DNA of 64,000 nt, from the NCBI GenBank assembly GCA_964344555.1, contig CAYFNK010000003.1, forward strand, positions 9,565 through 73,564. The letters run 5' to 3'. Shown piece by piece: positions 1-13,200 of this stretch. The stretch is from Candidatus Woesearchaeota archaeon (GTDB lineage: Archaea; Nanobdellota; Nanobdellia; SCGC-AAA011-G17; PNOQ01). A program made the translations under genes and the position numbers. Within the stretch, counting starts at the first letter, position 1. Each line of letters opens with the position of its first letter. Under the pieces are notes generated by a model. It ran no database searches. It had not been told where the DNA came from and saw nothing but the letters and a program-made list of their open reading frames with translations.

Positions 1-66
1 GAAATCGAAACTCTAAAAGAAATTGCTGAATTAAAAAGAAAAGATAATTTAACATGGGGTATTTAG
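1..66 (+). CDS. 3' end of an unidentified upstream gene (partial; open frame ends at TAG 64-66)
   Basis: Open frame from the window edge: ...EIETLKEIAELKRKDNLTWGI*. No recognisable family. Confidence 0.25.
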   Translation, partial: EIETLKEIAELKRKDNLTWGI

Positions 67-67
67 A

Positions 68-562
68 ATGGCAGAATATGTATTAACAATAAATGCAAAG
101 GATGGAAAAAGTTACAAAAAGGAAGTTTCTGGTCCTGAAGCTGATAATATCTTAAACAAAAAGATAAATGAAAAAGTAAAGGGAGATTCATTAGGTCTAA
201 AAGGTTATGAACTTAAAATAACTGGAGGATCAGATAAACAAGGATTTCCTATAAGAGTAGATGTTGCTGCAGGAACAAGAAAAAGACCTCTTGTAGTTGA
301 AGGAGTTGGAGCAAAGCTTAAGGAAAAAGGAACAAAACAAAGAAAAACAGTTAGGGGAAATCTTATTGACGATAATCTTAAGCAAATAAACTTAAAAGTA
401 GAAAAAGAAGGTTCAACCAAATTAGATGAACTATTTGGCAGTACAAAGGAAGAAAAACCAACAGAAGAAACAAAAGTAGAATCACCTGTTGAAGAATCTA
501 AAGAAAGTACAGGGGAAGATAAGAAAGATGAAGGAAAAGAGTCAGAGGAAACAGGAAAATGA
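68..562 (+). CDS. rps6e: 30S ribosomal protein S6e
   Basis: 164-aa ORF. The motif KITGGSDKQGFPIRVDV...KRPLV is typical of S6e. Conserved S6e-aIF2gamma adjacency. Confidence 0.85.
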   Translation: MAEYVLTINAKDGKSYKKEVSGPEADNILNKKINEKVKGDSLGLKGYELKITGGSDKQGFPIRVDVAAGTRKRPLVVEGVGAKLKEKGTKQRKTVRGNLIDDNLKQINLKVEKEGSTKLDELFGSTKEEKPTEETKVESPVEESKESTGEDKKDEGKESEETGK

Positions 563-1784
563 TTTCATACCAGAGATAAATGTTGGTATGATTGGCCATG
601 TAGATCATGGTAAAACTACACTGACTCAAGCACTAAGTGGCAAATGGGCTGATGTTCATTCTGAAGAATTAAAAAGAGGAATTACAATAAAGTTAGGGTA
701 TGCCGATTCTATATTTTATAAATGTCCTAAATGTAAATCTCCAGAAAATTATACTCCTGTAGAAAAATGCACTATCTGTAAATCAAAATGTATCCCATTA
801 AGGAAAATCTCAATTATTGATGCTCCAGGTCATGAGACTTTAATGGCAACAATGTTATCAGGGGCAGCAATAATCGATGCAGCACTGTTACTTGTTTCTG
901 CTAATGAAGATTGCCCACAACCTCAAACAAAAGAACATCTAATGGCTCTAGAAATTATGGGAATCAAAAATATAATTGTTGTTCAAAATAAAATAGATTT
1001 GGCTGACAAAGAAAAACTAATGAAGAATTATAAACAAATAAAGGATTTTCTGAAAGGCACTATTGCAGAAAATGCCCCAATTATTCCTATCTCTGCACAA
1101 CATAAGGCAAACATAGATGTTTTGATACAAACAATGCAGGAAACTTTCAAAACTCCGGAAAGAGACAAAACAAAAGAGCCTATATTTTATGTTGCGAGAT
1201 CTTTTGATGTCAATAAACCAGGCACCCCTATTAAAAATATTATTGGGGGAGTTCTCGGTGGTGCGCTCAAACAAGGCTCACTTATGAACGGTCAAAAAAT
1301 AGAGATTAGGCCAGGAATTAAAAAAGAAAAACAAGGAAGGGCAACATGGAAACCAATCGAAGCCAAGATAGTTGGTTTAACAGTTGGAAATAATTCTGTA
1401 AAAGAAATTTCTCCAGGAGGGTCAGTAGGTATATTAACAGAACTAGATCCTTCAATCGTTAAATCAAATAATCTTTCTGGAAATGTTATAGGTTTACCCG
1501 AAAAAATGCCAAAGGTATGGGAAAAATTAGACCTCAAACTCCATCTCCTTGAAAGAGTAGTTGGTTCAAAAGACGAATTAAAAGTTGATCCAATAAAACT
1601 CGGAGAACCTTTGATGCTTAACGTAAACGCATCAGCAACAGTAGGAGTAGTTACAAATTTAAAGAAGGAACAAATTGAGGTAAATCTAAAAATTCCAGTA
1701 TGTGCAGATAAAGGAGACAAAGTCACAATATCAAGAAACATAGGTTCAAGATGGAGACTGATTGGATATTCTGATATAACTTAA
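527..1784 (+). CDS. eif2g: Translation initiation factor 2 gamma subunit (aIF2-gamma)
   Basis: [11 protein letters not shown]1 motif, DAPGHE, NKID. The zinc-knuckle C-x2-C...C-x2-C is typical of archaeal aIF2-gamma. The 5' end overlaps the S6e 3' end. The true start could be ATG 527 or ATG 588. Confidence 0.85.
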
Positions 1785-4176
1785 TGACTTTCTTTTTCTA
1801 ATGATACAACTGCCTTTATACTATCTCCAGAATTAAGCTTCATTAATCTTACTCCTTGAGTATTTCTTCCAATTTTGGAAATATTAGAAATTCCTGTCCT
1901 TATCAAAATACCTTTTTTTGTGATGAACATTACATCTTTATCCTCAGAAACACACTTAACTCCTACAACTCTGCCATTTCTCTCAGTGGTTTTTATGTTT
2001 ATAACTCCTTTTCCACCTCTATTAATTAACCTATAATCATTAACGTCAGTTCTTTTTCCATACCCATTTTTACTTACACTCAAACAATCTCCTTTAGCAA
2101 TCTCCATATCCACTACTTTATCTCCATTTGTTAATCTAATCCCTCTTACTCCGAAAGATCCTCTCCCACTAGCTCTTACCTGTTTTTCATTAAATCTAAC
2201 TGCCATTCCATTTGAGGAGGCGATTAACAATTCTTTATCCCCATCTGTAAGTTTAACACTAATTAATTTGTCATTATCTCTTAATTTAATTCCAATTATT
2301 CCTGTTTTTCTAGGTTTGCTGTATAAATCGAGAGAAGTTTTTTTAACAAGACCAGACTGAGTGGCCATTACTAAAAATTTATCCTTTGAAAATTTCTTAA
2401 TTGGAATTATTGCATTAATGGTTTCATCTTTATGTAATCCCAACAAGTTCACGATATTTGATCCTTTAGAATATCTAGATGAACTAGGGATTTTGTAAGT
2501 TTTCAACCAGTAAAGTTTACCTTTATTTGTAAAACAAAGTAAATAATCATGAGTATTTGAAACAAAAATATCTCTAACAAAATCTTCCTTTTTTGTGCCC
2601 ATGGCTTTTATTCCTTTTCCTCCCCTTCTTTGCTCCCTATATGTTTTAACAGGCAGTCTATTTAGATATCCTTCCTTTGTTAAAGTTACAACAACCTCTT
2701 CTTTCTTGATTAAATCTTCATCTTCTATTTCTTCTTCAAAATCTTCAATTTTGGTAAGTCTATCATCCCCATATTTCTTTTTCATATCAATCAGTTCATT
2801 TTTGATTATCTTGAAGATTCTAAGTTCATCTGAAAGAATATCTTTTAATTCTGCAATAAGCTTAATCAAACCTTCATATTCCTCTTTAAGTTTATTAGTT
2901 TCTAATGAAGTAATTTTCTGTAATTTCATATCTAAGATTGACTGTGCTTGTACTTCTGTAAGGTTGAAACTTTCTATCAAAGAAGATTTAGCAATACTAA
3001 CATCTTTGCTTGATTTTATTGTTTTAATTACAGGATCAATATTTTCCAATGCAATTTTTAATCCCTCAAGAATATGGGATCTCTTTTCAGCCTTATCTAA
3101 CTCAAATTTTGTCCTCTTAGTAATTACATCTTTCCTATGTATTAAGAAATTCTCAATTAGTTCTTTTAGGTTCAAAACCTTAGGCTCTCCATCTACAAGC
3201 GCCAAACAGTTTACTCCCATTGAAACTTGCAATTGTGTAAATTTGTATAACTGATTTAGTATTAACTCAGGATTTACTCCTCTTTTTAATTCTATAACGA
3301 TTCTCATACCCTTTCTATCGCTTTCATCTCTAATGTCGGATATTCCTTCTACTTTTTTTGATCTAACTAAATTAGCAATAGCTTCGATAAGATTTGTTTT
3401 GTTAACTTGGTAAGGTATTTCGGATACTATTATTCTTTTTTCTTCAATATCACAAACTGCTCTAACTTTCAAATGACCTCTCCCAGTTATAAGTGCACTT
3501 CTTATTCCAGAATTACCAAGAATTATTCCTCCAGTTGGAAAATCTGGGCCCTTTACAAATTCCATAAGTTCTAACGCTTCTACATCTGGATTGTCTATAA
3601 CCTTAATAGTTGCATCAACAACCTCGCCAAAATTATGAGGCAAAATATTTGTAGCCATGCCCACAGCTATACCATAAGAACCATTAATTAAAAGATTAGG
3701 AACTTTTGCTGGCAGAACTACAGGTTCTTCTAAACTATCATCAAAATTTGGAACAAAATCTACTGTGTCTTTGTCTATGTCTGATAACAACTCTTCGGCA
3801 AGATTACTTAACTTAGTCTCGGTATATCTCATTGCTGCAGGAGGATCGCCATCTATGGAACCAAAGTTTCCTTGTCCTTTTATTAAAGGATATCTTAAAG
3901 AAAAGGGCTGAGCCATTCTAACCAGAGAATCATAAACTGCGGTGTCCCCATGGGGATGATACTTACCAAGAACTTCTCCAACAACTCTTGCACATTTTTT
4001 AAAGGGCTTATTGTGTAACAATCCCATCTTATACATTGCGTAAAGAACTCTCCTATGTACTGGCTTCAAACCATCTTTTGCATCTGGCAAGGCCCTACCA
4101 ACTATAACAGACATAGCGTAGTCTATGTAACTTTCTTTCAATTCAGTTTCCAATAATCTTTGCCTAGTCTCTGCCA

Positions 4177-4177
<1 letters not shown>
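1781..4177 (-). CDS. gyrA: DNA gyrase subunit A
   Basis: 798 aa. N-terminal [29 protein letters not shown] is the GyrA/ParC signature with the catalytic Tyr region. C-terminal beta-pinwheel repeats. Confidence 0.9.
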
Positions 4178-6111
<1,934 letters not shown>

Positions 6112-6197
6112 TTACTATATAAAGGTTTCTGCTTAAATTTAGGTAGTACAGGACCTGTATTACTAAAATTCAATTTTAGATAATTTTTAGAAATAGT

Positions 6198-6689
6198 TTA
6201 TACTTTAACAAGTAATTTCTCTAGACTTTCTTTCTTTTTCTTATCTAAATTCCTACTAAAATCCATTAAAGAATCATAAATTTTAGAAGCTCCATCTTCA
6301 TTTAAGCCAACATCTTTCATAATTTCTAAATAAATCTCTTTAGGTAAATCTTCCCCTTCTAAAATTCCAAACATAACATAATTTCTTCTAGATTTAGTAT
6401 GTTTTTTCTTTATTTCCATAAATCTTTCATGTGCTTTTGGATCAACTTGCTTAAATTCTTGTAGCGCCAACGAATATGATCTTGCTAAGTTAGTATCTTC
6501 CCAATGTAGTTTTGCATCAACAGAAGATTTTTCGGGTAATTTGTTTCCCTTAACCAATCCTTCATAAACTTGTTTACCTACTTCTCTATATTTTCTGTCC
6601 AATCTTTTATACAAAGAACCAAACGGACTTGTAATGTTATTGTATGCTACAAGATTCTCTACATTTTCTAACAATTCTGTCTTTTTCAT
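6198..6689 (-). CDS. hypothetical protein (about 163 aa from internal Met MKKTELL)
   Basis: The ORF is 6198..6749, but the first 20 codons are hydrophobic junk. The likely start is 6689. No family recognised. Confidence 0.4.
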   Translation of the reverse strand: MKKTELLENVENLVAYNNITSPFGSLYKRLDRKYREVGKQVYEGLVKGNKLPEKSSVDAKLHWEDTNLARSYSLALQEFKQVDPKAHERFMEIKKKHTKSRRNYVMFGILEGEDLPKEIYLEIMKDVGLNEDGASKIYDSLMDFSRNLDKKKKESLEKLLVKV

Positions 6690-6908
6690 AAAAAGGTTAG
6701 TACAATAAAATATATAAAATGTTACAAAATAATTAAACAAATTACACAATGTTTAAATACTTCTTAGTTCATTATTATAATACGCAAGAGACAACTTCAA
6801 GACAAGGCGATTAAAACGAGACAAGCATTAACGACGCAAATCGAAGAGAATATTCTATACAAGATTAATAATTATAAATTCGACAATAAAATCCATAATC
6901 CTTCTGAG

Positions 6909-7778
6909 TTGATAGAAGAAAGTTTAAAGGAATACTTCTCAAAACATAAAACTCCAAAATTACCTCTTAAGGAAAGAATAAAAAGAAGCGTACTTTGTGG
7001 TCTTCTTAGTCCTGGAGAAAAAAATTTTGTTGTTAAATCTTTAGAGGATTATATTTTACCCAATAAGAAAAAAGGAACTTTCTTCGATCCAGTAAAAAAT
7101 AACTTATATTACTTAGTCGATGGAAATGTTCTGGAAAGAAGATTAAAAATCTATTCTAATGAAATAGAAGAAGAAGTAGTTCAAGATATTCTGTTCAAGG
7201 AAGAACTGTTCGGAATCCCATTAATAAGTAAAAAATATGCAGGTGAAGATAATAGATACAACACTTCCTGGGACTTCTTAAAAGATTCTGAAGTAATAAG
7301 AATACCTCTTCAAAAAGAAAAAGATTTAATCAAACATATTCCAAAAATGGAAGAAAATTTCTACCTCCTCAGAAACGAGAGAAGGGACAAATTAGAAGAC
7401 ATATCCATGATTAGAACAAGATGCGGATCAGAGGAAAAAGTAAGAGAAACTTTAAGTTTTATGTTAAACAAGAGGGGAGCCATGTCTCTAAATGGAGGAT
7501 ATTCTCATAGGCCAGCATTAATGAAACGAAATAATATAATTCATCGGTTTGGAAACTACTCCGATTATGGAATATTGCCCAAAGTAGGTCATGATAATCT
7601 TTCTTCTCTAGCATGTACGTCAAGAGAGACATTTTCAAGAGTTCTAAATGCATATGCTTTTCAAAGCAACGGAAGGAATTATAAACTTGCATTTGGAGAA
7701 GACAGTCATTTATTCATATGTAGATATTTGGATGATGAAGAGGGAAAACTTGTAAAGATAAAAGATTTGAAAGATTAA
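6909..7778 (+). CDS. hypothetical protein with a Crp/Fnr-like helix-turn-helix near the C-terminus
   Basis: 289 aa. LSSLACTSRETFSRVLNAY resembles the Crp-family HTH (LA...G.SRETVSR.L). Confidence 0.4.
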   Translation: MIEESLKEYFSKHKTPKLPLKERIKRSVLCGLLSPGEKNFVVKSLEDYILPNKKKGTFFDPVKNNLYYLVDGNVLERRLKIYSNEIEEEVVQDILFKEELFGIPLISKKYAGEDNRYNTSWDFLKDSEVIRIPLQKEKDLIKHIPKMEENFYLLRNERRDKLEDISMIRTRCGSEEKVRETLSFMLNKRGAMSLNGGYSHRPALMKRNNIIHRFGNYSDYGILPKVGHDNLSSLACTSRETFSRVLNAYAFQSNGRNYKLAFGEDSHLFICRYLDDEEGKLVKIKDLKD

Positions 7779-7817
7779 ACAAAAGCTTTTTAAGTTTATT
7801 TTCAGAATTCTAATACA

Positions 7818-8180
7818 ATGAAAACTATTCTTCTTGACACTAATTTTATAGTTTCAGCATTGAAAAATAAAATAAATTTGGACTTAGAACTAGATAGGAT
7901 AATGAAAGAAAAATATCAAAAAAAGATAATAGATAAAACTCTGGATGAATTAAAAAAATTAAACACGGAGCATTCAAAATTATCTATAAAAATCTTAGAA
8001 AAACAAAAAGTGAAGAAAATAAAGTCAAAAACAGACAACGTAGATAATGATATAGTAAAAAATTCAAATAAAGAAACTATAGTTGCTACATTAGATAGAG
8101 TGCTAAAAAAAAGACTAAAAGAAAAAGGAGTAAAAACAATAACAATTAGGCAAAAAAAGTACTTCAGCCTCAATAACTGA
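7818..8180 (+). CDS. PIN-domain protein (putative nuclease)
   Basis: N-terminal ILLDTNFIVSALK is the PIN acidic-residue motif. Sits immediately upstream of rpoE, as in the conserved archaeal PIN-RpoE-Spt4-S24e-S27ae cluster. Confidence 0.6.
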   Translation: MKTILLDTNFIVSALKNKINLDLELDRIMKEKYQKKIIDKTLDELKKLNTEHSKLSIKILEKQKVKKIKSKTDNVDNDIVKNSNKETIVATLDRVLKKRLKEKGVKTITIRQKKYFSLNN

Positions 8181-8225
8181 ATAGAAAGATTTATTAAAGG
8201 ACTTGAAACCAAATCAATATACAAA

Positions 8226-8774
8226 ATGTTTTATGAATTAAAGATTAAAGATCACATAAGAGTTTCCCCTTCTAAATTTGGAGATTCTGTAGAACAATCT
8301 GTATTGACTGCGTTAACTGATAAATTTGAAGGATATGTTTCCGAAGACATAGGATTCGCAGTTGGAGTAATTGAAGTGGAGAAGATTGGAGAAGGAGTAA
8401 TACTTCACGGAGACGGAGCAGCACATTACGAAACAACGTTCAAACTATTAACATTCAAACCAGAATTACAAGAAGTAGTTCTAGGAAAAATATCGGATAT
8501 AACTGACTTTGGAGCATTCATAGATATTGGAGCAATAGATGGAATGATTCACATTGGTCAAACTATGGATGATTATGTATCATTCAGCAACGGAGTATTA
8601 CAAGGTAAGGAATCAAAGAGGGCACTAAAAGTTAATGATCCTTGTAGGGCAAGAATAATTGCTATAAGTTACAAAGATCCTGCAAACCCAAAGATAGGTT
8701 TGACTATGAGACAAAACAGAATGGGTAACCTCAAGTGGGTAGAAGAAGACATAAAGAAGGAAAGTAAAAAATGA
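8226..8774 (+). CDS. rpoE: DNA-directed RNA polymerase subunit E' (Rpb7 homologue)
   Basis: 182 aa. N-terminal Rpb7 fold plus S1 domain (VVLGKISDITDFGAFIDIG...DGMIHIGQ). Confidence 0.85.
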   Translation: MFYELKIKDHIRVSPSKFGDSVEQSVLTALTDKFEGYVSEDIGFAVGVIEVEKIGEGVILHGDGAAHYETTFKLLTFKPELQEVVLGKISDITDFGAFIDIGAIDGMIHIGQTMDDYVSFSNGVLQGKESKRALKVNDPCRARIIAISYKDPANPKIGLTMRQNRMGNLKWVEEDIKKESKK

Positions 8775-8950
8775 AAAAGATATGTAAAAAATGTAAATTA
8801 TTTGTAGAAGGGACAAATTGTCCAGTTTGCAAGTCCAATCAATTCACAGACTCATTTAAGGGAAAGTTAATTATAACTGATGCTGAAAAGTCTGAAATTG
8901 CTAAAAAACTAGATCTTAAAGTTAAAGGAGAATACGCAATTAAAATATGA
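8771..8950 (+). CDS. spt4: Transcription elongation factor Spt4 / RNAP subunit E''
   Basis: 59 aa: MKKICKKCKLFVEGTNCPVCKSNQF..., a C-x2-C...C-x2-C zinc ribbon. Overlaps the rpoE stop and the S24e start in the canonical rpoE-spt4 arrangement. Below the 60-aa cutoff of the ORF track. Confidence 0.7.
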   Translation: MKKICKKCKLFVEGTNCPVCKSNQFTDSFKGKLIITDAEKSEIAKKLDLKVKGEYAIKI

Positions 8951-9333
8951 AATCTATAAGTGATGAAAAGAATTCTGTTTTACCAAGAAGAGAATTAGTT
9001 TTTGAAGTTGGACACGCTAAAACCTCAACTCCAAGCAAAGATAGTATTAAGGAAGAAGTTTCTAAGTCCATAAAGTGCGATAAGGAGTTAGTTGTAGTAA
9101 AAAAAATAAATACTCATTATGGTTCTACTAGCTCTCATGCCAAAGTTTATGTTTATGACAATAAAGATGAAATGAAAATCTTAGAAAAAGTAAAAGAGGA
9201 ACCTAAAAAAGAAGAAGTTACTGCAGAATCTAAACCTGCTGAAGAAAGATCTGCAGAAGAACCAAAAGAAGAGAAAGTAGAGGAAAAACAAGATGGCGAA
9301 GAAACCAAAGCCGAAGAACAAAGCACCGAGTAA
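8947..9333 (+). CDS. rps24e: 30S ribosomal protein S24e
   Basis: 128 aa: RRELVFEVGHAKTSTPSKDSIKEEVSK...ELVVVKK...GSTSSHAKVYVYD fits the S24e family. Acidic/Lys-rich C-terminal extension. Confidence 0.85.
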   Translation: MKSISDEKNSVLPRRELVFEVGHAKTSTPSKDSIKEEVSKSIKCDKELVVVKKINTHYGSTSSHAKVYVYDNKDEMKILEKVKEEPKKEEVTAESKPAEERSAEEPKEEKVEEKQDGEETKAEEQSTE

Positions 9334-9478
9334 AAAATTCGAGAAATATGAAGTTTCCGAAGGCAAAATAAATAGAAAGCAAACTTGCCCTAAATGCGGG
9401 GTTGGTATATTTTTAGCAATTCATAAGGATAGAAAACATTGTGGGAAGTGCGCATACACAGTTTTTGAAACACAATAA
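9293..9478 (+). CDS. rps27ae: 30S ribosomal protein S27ae
   Basis: 61 aa with a C4 zinc finger: KQTCPKCGVG...CGKCAYT. Overlaps the S24e 3' end, a conserved S24e-S27ae gene pair. Confidence 0.8.
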   Translation: MAKKPKPKNKAPSKKFEKYEVSEGKINRKQTCPKCGVGIFLAIHKDRKHCGKCAYTVFETQ

Positions 9479-9558
9479 TTCTGTAACTATTCATTAGTGG
9501 CACTCACCGAAAGATTTATAAATAATCAAAAACTCTAATTGTTATATCACCTCTTTTT

Positions 9559-9590
9559 CCCTAGGAGAAGACTTTGGTCTTTTCCCAGGG
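9559..9590. terminator. Inverted-repeat hairpin between convergent genes (GGAGAAGAC-TTTG-GTCTTTTCC), followed by T-run
   Basis: Read directly from the sequence. Lies between the S27ae stop (9478) and the stop of the minus-strand coiled-coil gene (9599). Confidence 0.3.
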
Positions 9591-9598
9591 TTTTATAA

Positions 9599-10246
9599 TC
9601 ATTTTTTATTTGAAAATTTTCTTTCAAAATTAAGATACAAATCTTCCATTTTTTTAAGATTTGCTTGCACAGAATTAGATATTTTTTCTATTTTTGTTAT
9701 TTCTCCCTTGACTTGTTTATTTAATTTTACTAATGCTTCACTATCTTTGAATCTTTTTATTGTAGTTCTCATATCTTTCATTTGAGAAAATATCTCATCA
9801 ATCATCCCTCTAAGAGATTCATTCTTAGTTTCAATTTTGTCCAATCTAACATCGTATCTGGCAAAGCCTTTTACAACCTTCTTGGGATTCATTGCTTTAA
9901 CTAAATCAGATGCCTTTTCAGCCTCGGTTTCAATTTTTTTTAATTTCTTTTCTTTTTCAAAGAATAAAGACCTTAAACTACCAATTTGTTCAGAAATATT
10001 ATTTATCTTATCAGAATCAGCCTTTCTAAAATCCTTTAGTATCTCTACCTCTGCTTCGAGTTTTTCAATTACTGCCTGAATTTTAGAATCATCAGAAATA
10101 CTTTGTTTAGGTTCTTCTTTTACTTCCATAGGTTGAGCAGATTGTTTACTCATGGGAGAAACCTCTGGAGCCCCTTTACCTAGGCTTTTTACTCTTTCTA
10201 GAAATCCTCTTTTTTGTGGAGTTTCTTTCTTTTGTTTTTTTGCCAT
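9599..10246 (-). CDS. coiled-coil protein, hypothetical (start probably internal Met near 10153)
   Basis: 215 aa with a heptad-rich Lys/Glu sequence. The N-terminal 31 codons overlap the 3' end of the giant gene in another frame, so the likely start is MSKQSAQP. Confidence 0.45.
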   Translation of the reverse strand: MAKKQKKETPQKRGFLERVKSLGKGAPEVSPMSKQSAQPMEVKEEPKQSISDDSKIQAVIEKLEAEVEILKDFRKADSDKINNISEQIGSLRSLFFEKEKKLKKIETEAEKASDLVKAMNPKKVVKGFARYDVRLDKIETKNESLRGMIDEIFSQMKDMRTTIKRFKDSEALVKLNKQVKGEITKIEKISNSVQANLKKMEDLYLNFERKFSNKK

Positions 10247-13200
10247 TGTTTACTTTCTTAGTTTTTTTCTTTTTAAGTTTTTTCATAGTTTGTTTCTTTT
10301 TGGCTCTTTCTACTTCCTTAGCCATTTCTTCCTTTGCTTCTTTAGTGACTGGGATTAAATCTTTTGGAGCTTTCTTTATGTACTTTTTTCTCATAGATTT
10401 AGCTCTATCAAGTATTTCTTTAAGTTCTTTACTTGTGAAAGTTTCTACCTTCTTTCTTCCAATCTTTCTTCTATGTTTCTTAACAATTTTATCTAAATTA
10501 GGTTTCATACTTTCTAAATATAAGTCAACCATATTGAAATTTCCTTGACTTAGCTTTTCATCAATAAGTTTCAACTCAATTTCAACATCAAATACATCCA
10601 CTTTTGCTTTCTTCAATTGTGAAATCTTCCATCTGATATCATCTAAGGTTTTGTTGTATTTTGTATATTTATTAAGTTCCTCGGCAGGTAATCCAAATGT
10701 GTTGTGTTTTAGAGGTCTAAATGAAACAAAGTAAGGAAGTCCCTTATTGTATCCTGCGTTAACATACATTCCCGTACCAATTGCTTCCCTAATTACAGAT
10801 TGAGAATACTTAGAACCATATTTCATTCTTATTCTCTTAAGGTCATTTTCATATCTAGTTCTGAACTGTATCTCATTTCCAATATTTGCCTTAATATCGC
10901 CTATAAAATCGCTCAATACCTGACTAATCAGAACCAAACCTACGCCCCATTTTCTAAATTCTCTTGCTCCTCTTTCTAGTTGAATTAATCCTGCACCTGA
11001 GCCTCCAAACTTCGATAATAATCTGTGAACTTCGTCATAAACCATTAAAAGTTTTAGTTTTCCAGTTTCAGGCAAGTTTGCTCTGAACACTTGTTCAACA
11101 GTCGTAGTAACTAGGACATCAATTTCTTTAGGTTTCAAATCCTTAACGACAAATACAGTTATTTTCCCAGGTTTAATATGTTCCTTAATATCAATTTGTT
11201 CCTTTGGATCTGTTATTTTGTAGATATTTCCTTCGTAAGCTTTAGCGGATTTAGGAGACATTCCAAAAAATCTATATCTATCTAACATGTTTGTTTGAGT
11301 AGATTTTCTTAAGTATCCTGTCCATTGTCCAGTTGGATCAAAAACAATTACTGAAACTTTTTTGTCTAAAGCTTCTTCAACTACATCCATAGCACCAACT
11401 GTTTTTCCACTTCCAGTGGCTCCAGCAATCAAAGTATGAGTTTGTAATTTATCTAAACCTATGTAAGAATTAATTGGGGTTTCAGCGACCTTACCAACAA
11501 ATGCTGCTCTGTCTGCAGATCTAGGTATAGATTTAATATCTACTTTTCCCTTGTATCTTCTTGTTTTTTGCCTTACAAACTCTAAAGAGTAAAATCCTCC
11601 AACTAGCAATAAAGCAATTGAAATTAATAATAAGTAATACTTGAATTTGATACCTAAGAAGGTTGCATTCAATACAGATCTAATTACTTCAATCTGAGCC
11701 ATAGAAATTGTTCCTCTTCCTGTAACTCCTGAATGTATTGCTTTTCCTTTCACATAGTAAAATCCTTCGTCTAAGTCAGAAGGAGTGCTTAATGATAGTA
11801 ATTCAGTATAATCAAATAGAACTTCTACGGTATAATTATCTTCACTCAAAGGAGTTTCAGTATCTTCCAAGTCTAATAGTTCAAGATTTATATCTACGTT
11901 TTGGTTGTTTCCATTATTTGTTACTTGAGTTTCAATACTAATATCATTTCCTGCAGAAACTGAATCTTGAAGAGGATCTATGTCTAAACTTAACAGATTA
12001 TATTCTGAATTAAGTACTCTTATTTCTACAAGTACTTCTGAATAGATGTCTGCTCTTGTGAAACTTATTTTCCCTTCATATAATCCATTATCTTTATCTT
12101 CTGGAATAGCTATGTTTACAATTAAATCTGGATTTGTTGCTATCTCTATACTACTTGGAACAGTAATTAAATCTTGTATTTCTCCACTAACTTCAACATC
12201 CAAACTAGTTACATCTTCAGTAATTGAACTTATATGGATTAATTCGTAAGCTTCTTCCCCTGGGAATAATTCTTTTTCTATCTTGTTCAAACTAAAAATT
12301 AAGCTCTCAGATAATTGTTGTTGCGGTTGAGAACCTCCAGAGGATCCGTCTCCGCCACCCCCAGAAGGGCCGCTAGGCTGACTAGGAGGTTGTTCAGAAT
12401 AAGTATCTGCAAAGTCCGCTCCACAACTAGTTTCAGTTTCCCAAGATTCTTGATCACCATTTCCGCAAGTGTTTATTGATAGGAGATATGCAGAGAATTC
12501 ATCTCCTTCTAGATCTTCTTCCTCCAATGGAGGAACATATGAAAAAACTCCTTCTTCAGAATCATAGGAATATTCCTCGGAAATAATTTCTATACTTTCA
12601 AGATCATTGCAAGTTCTTTCACTATAGCTCCAGTCATGACAAACTACATAGTTCATATGTTCAGTTAACCACCCAACATATCCAATATACCAGTAAGGAG
12701 TATCTTCGTCAAAGAAAGTACCGTCCATATGTAATTCATTTATAGTCCCAAGATCGAAAATTTCAGACTCAACAACTACCCCATAAAGAGATATATAATT
12801 ATTAACTAATGATTCCGGAATAAATGTCCCAGAATAATCAAAGAAGTCTAATGAAAAGAAATTACTATGTTCCTCCAACTGACTAAGGTCTACATCATAA
12901 AATGTAAAGTCAACTATACCTTGATAATTAATATTTAAATCCCAAATAGAATTTCCAATTTCTGATATTGTAAGTGAGTTCTCATTTTCAGCAGTAGTTA
13001 TTGGGTCGCTACAAGAGTCAGTTCCAGGTAAACAAAACATAAGAGAAACTCCAGTCAACTCATTTCCTTGTGCATCAGTGAATTCCATTTCAATATTGTA
13101 AATAAGATCTATAACTAAAAATTCACTATGGTTCACTGCAAGATTTCCATAATAGTCAGAAGTACTAACTTCAACAGTATAAATCTCATTTGACTCTAGC

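Noticed and set aside
9599-10246. Coiled-coil ORF as an ESCRT-III/Snf7-like or archaellum component
   Set aside because: There is only a generic heptad pattern and no family-specific motif, so it is left as hypothetical.
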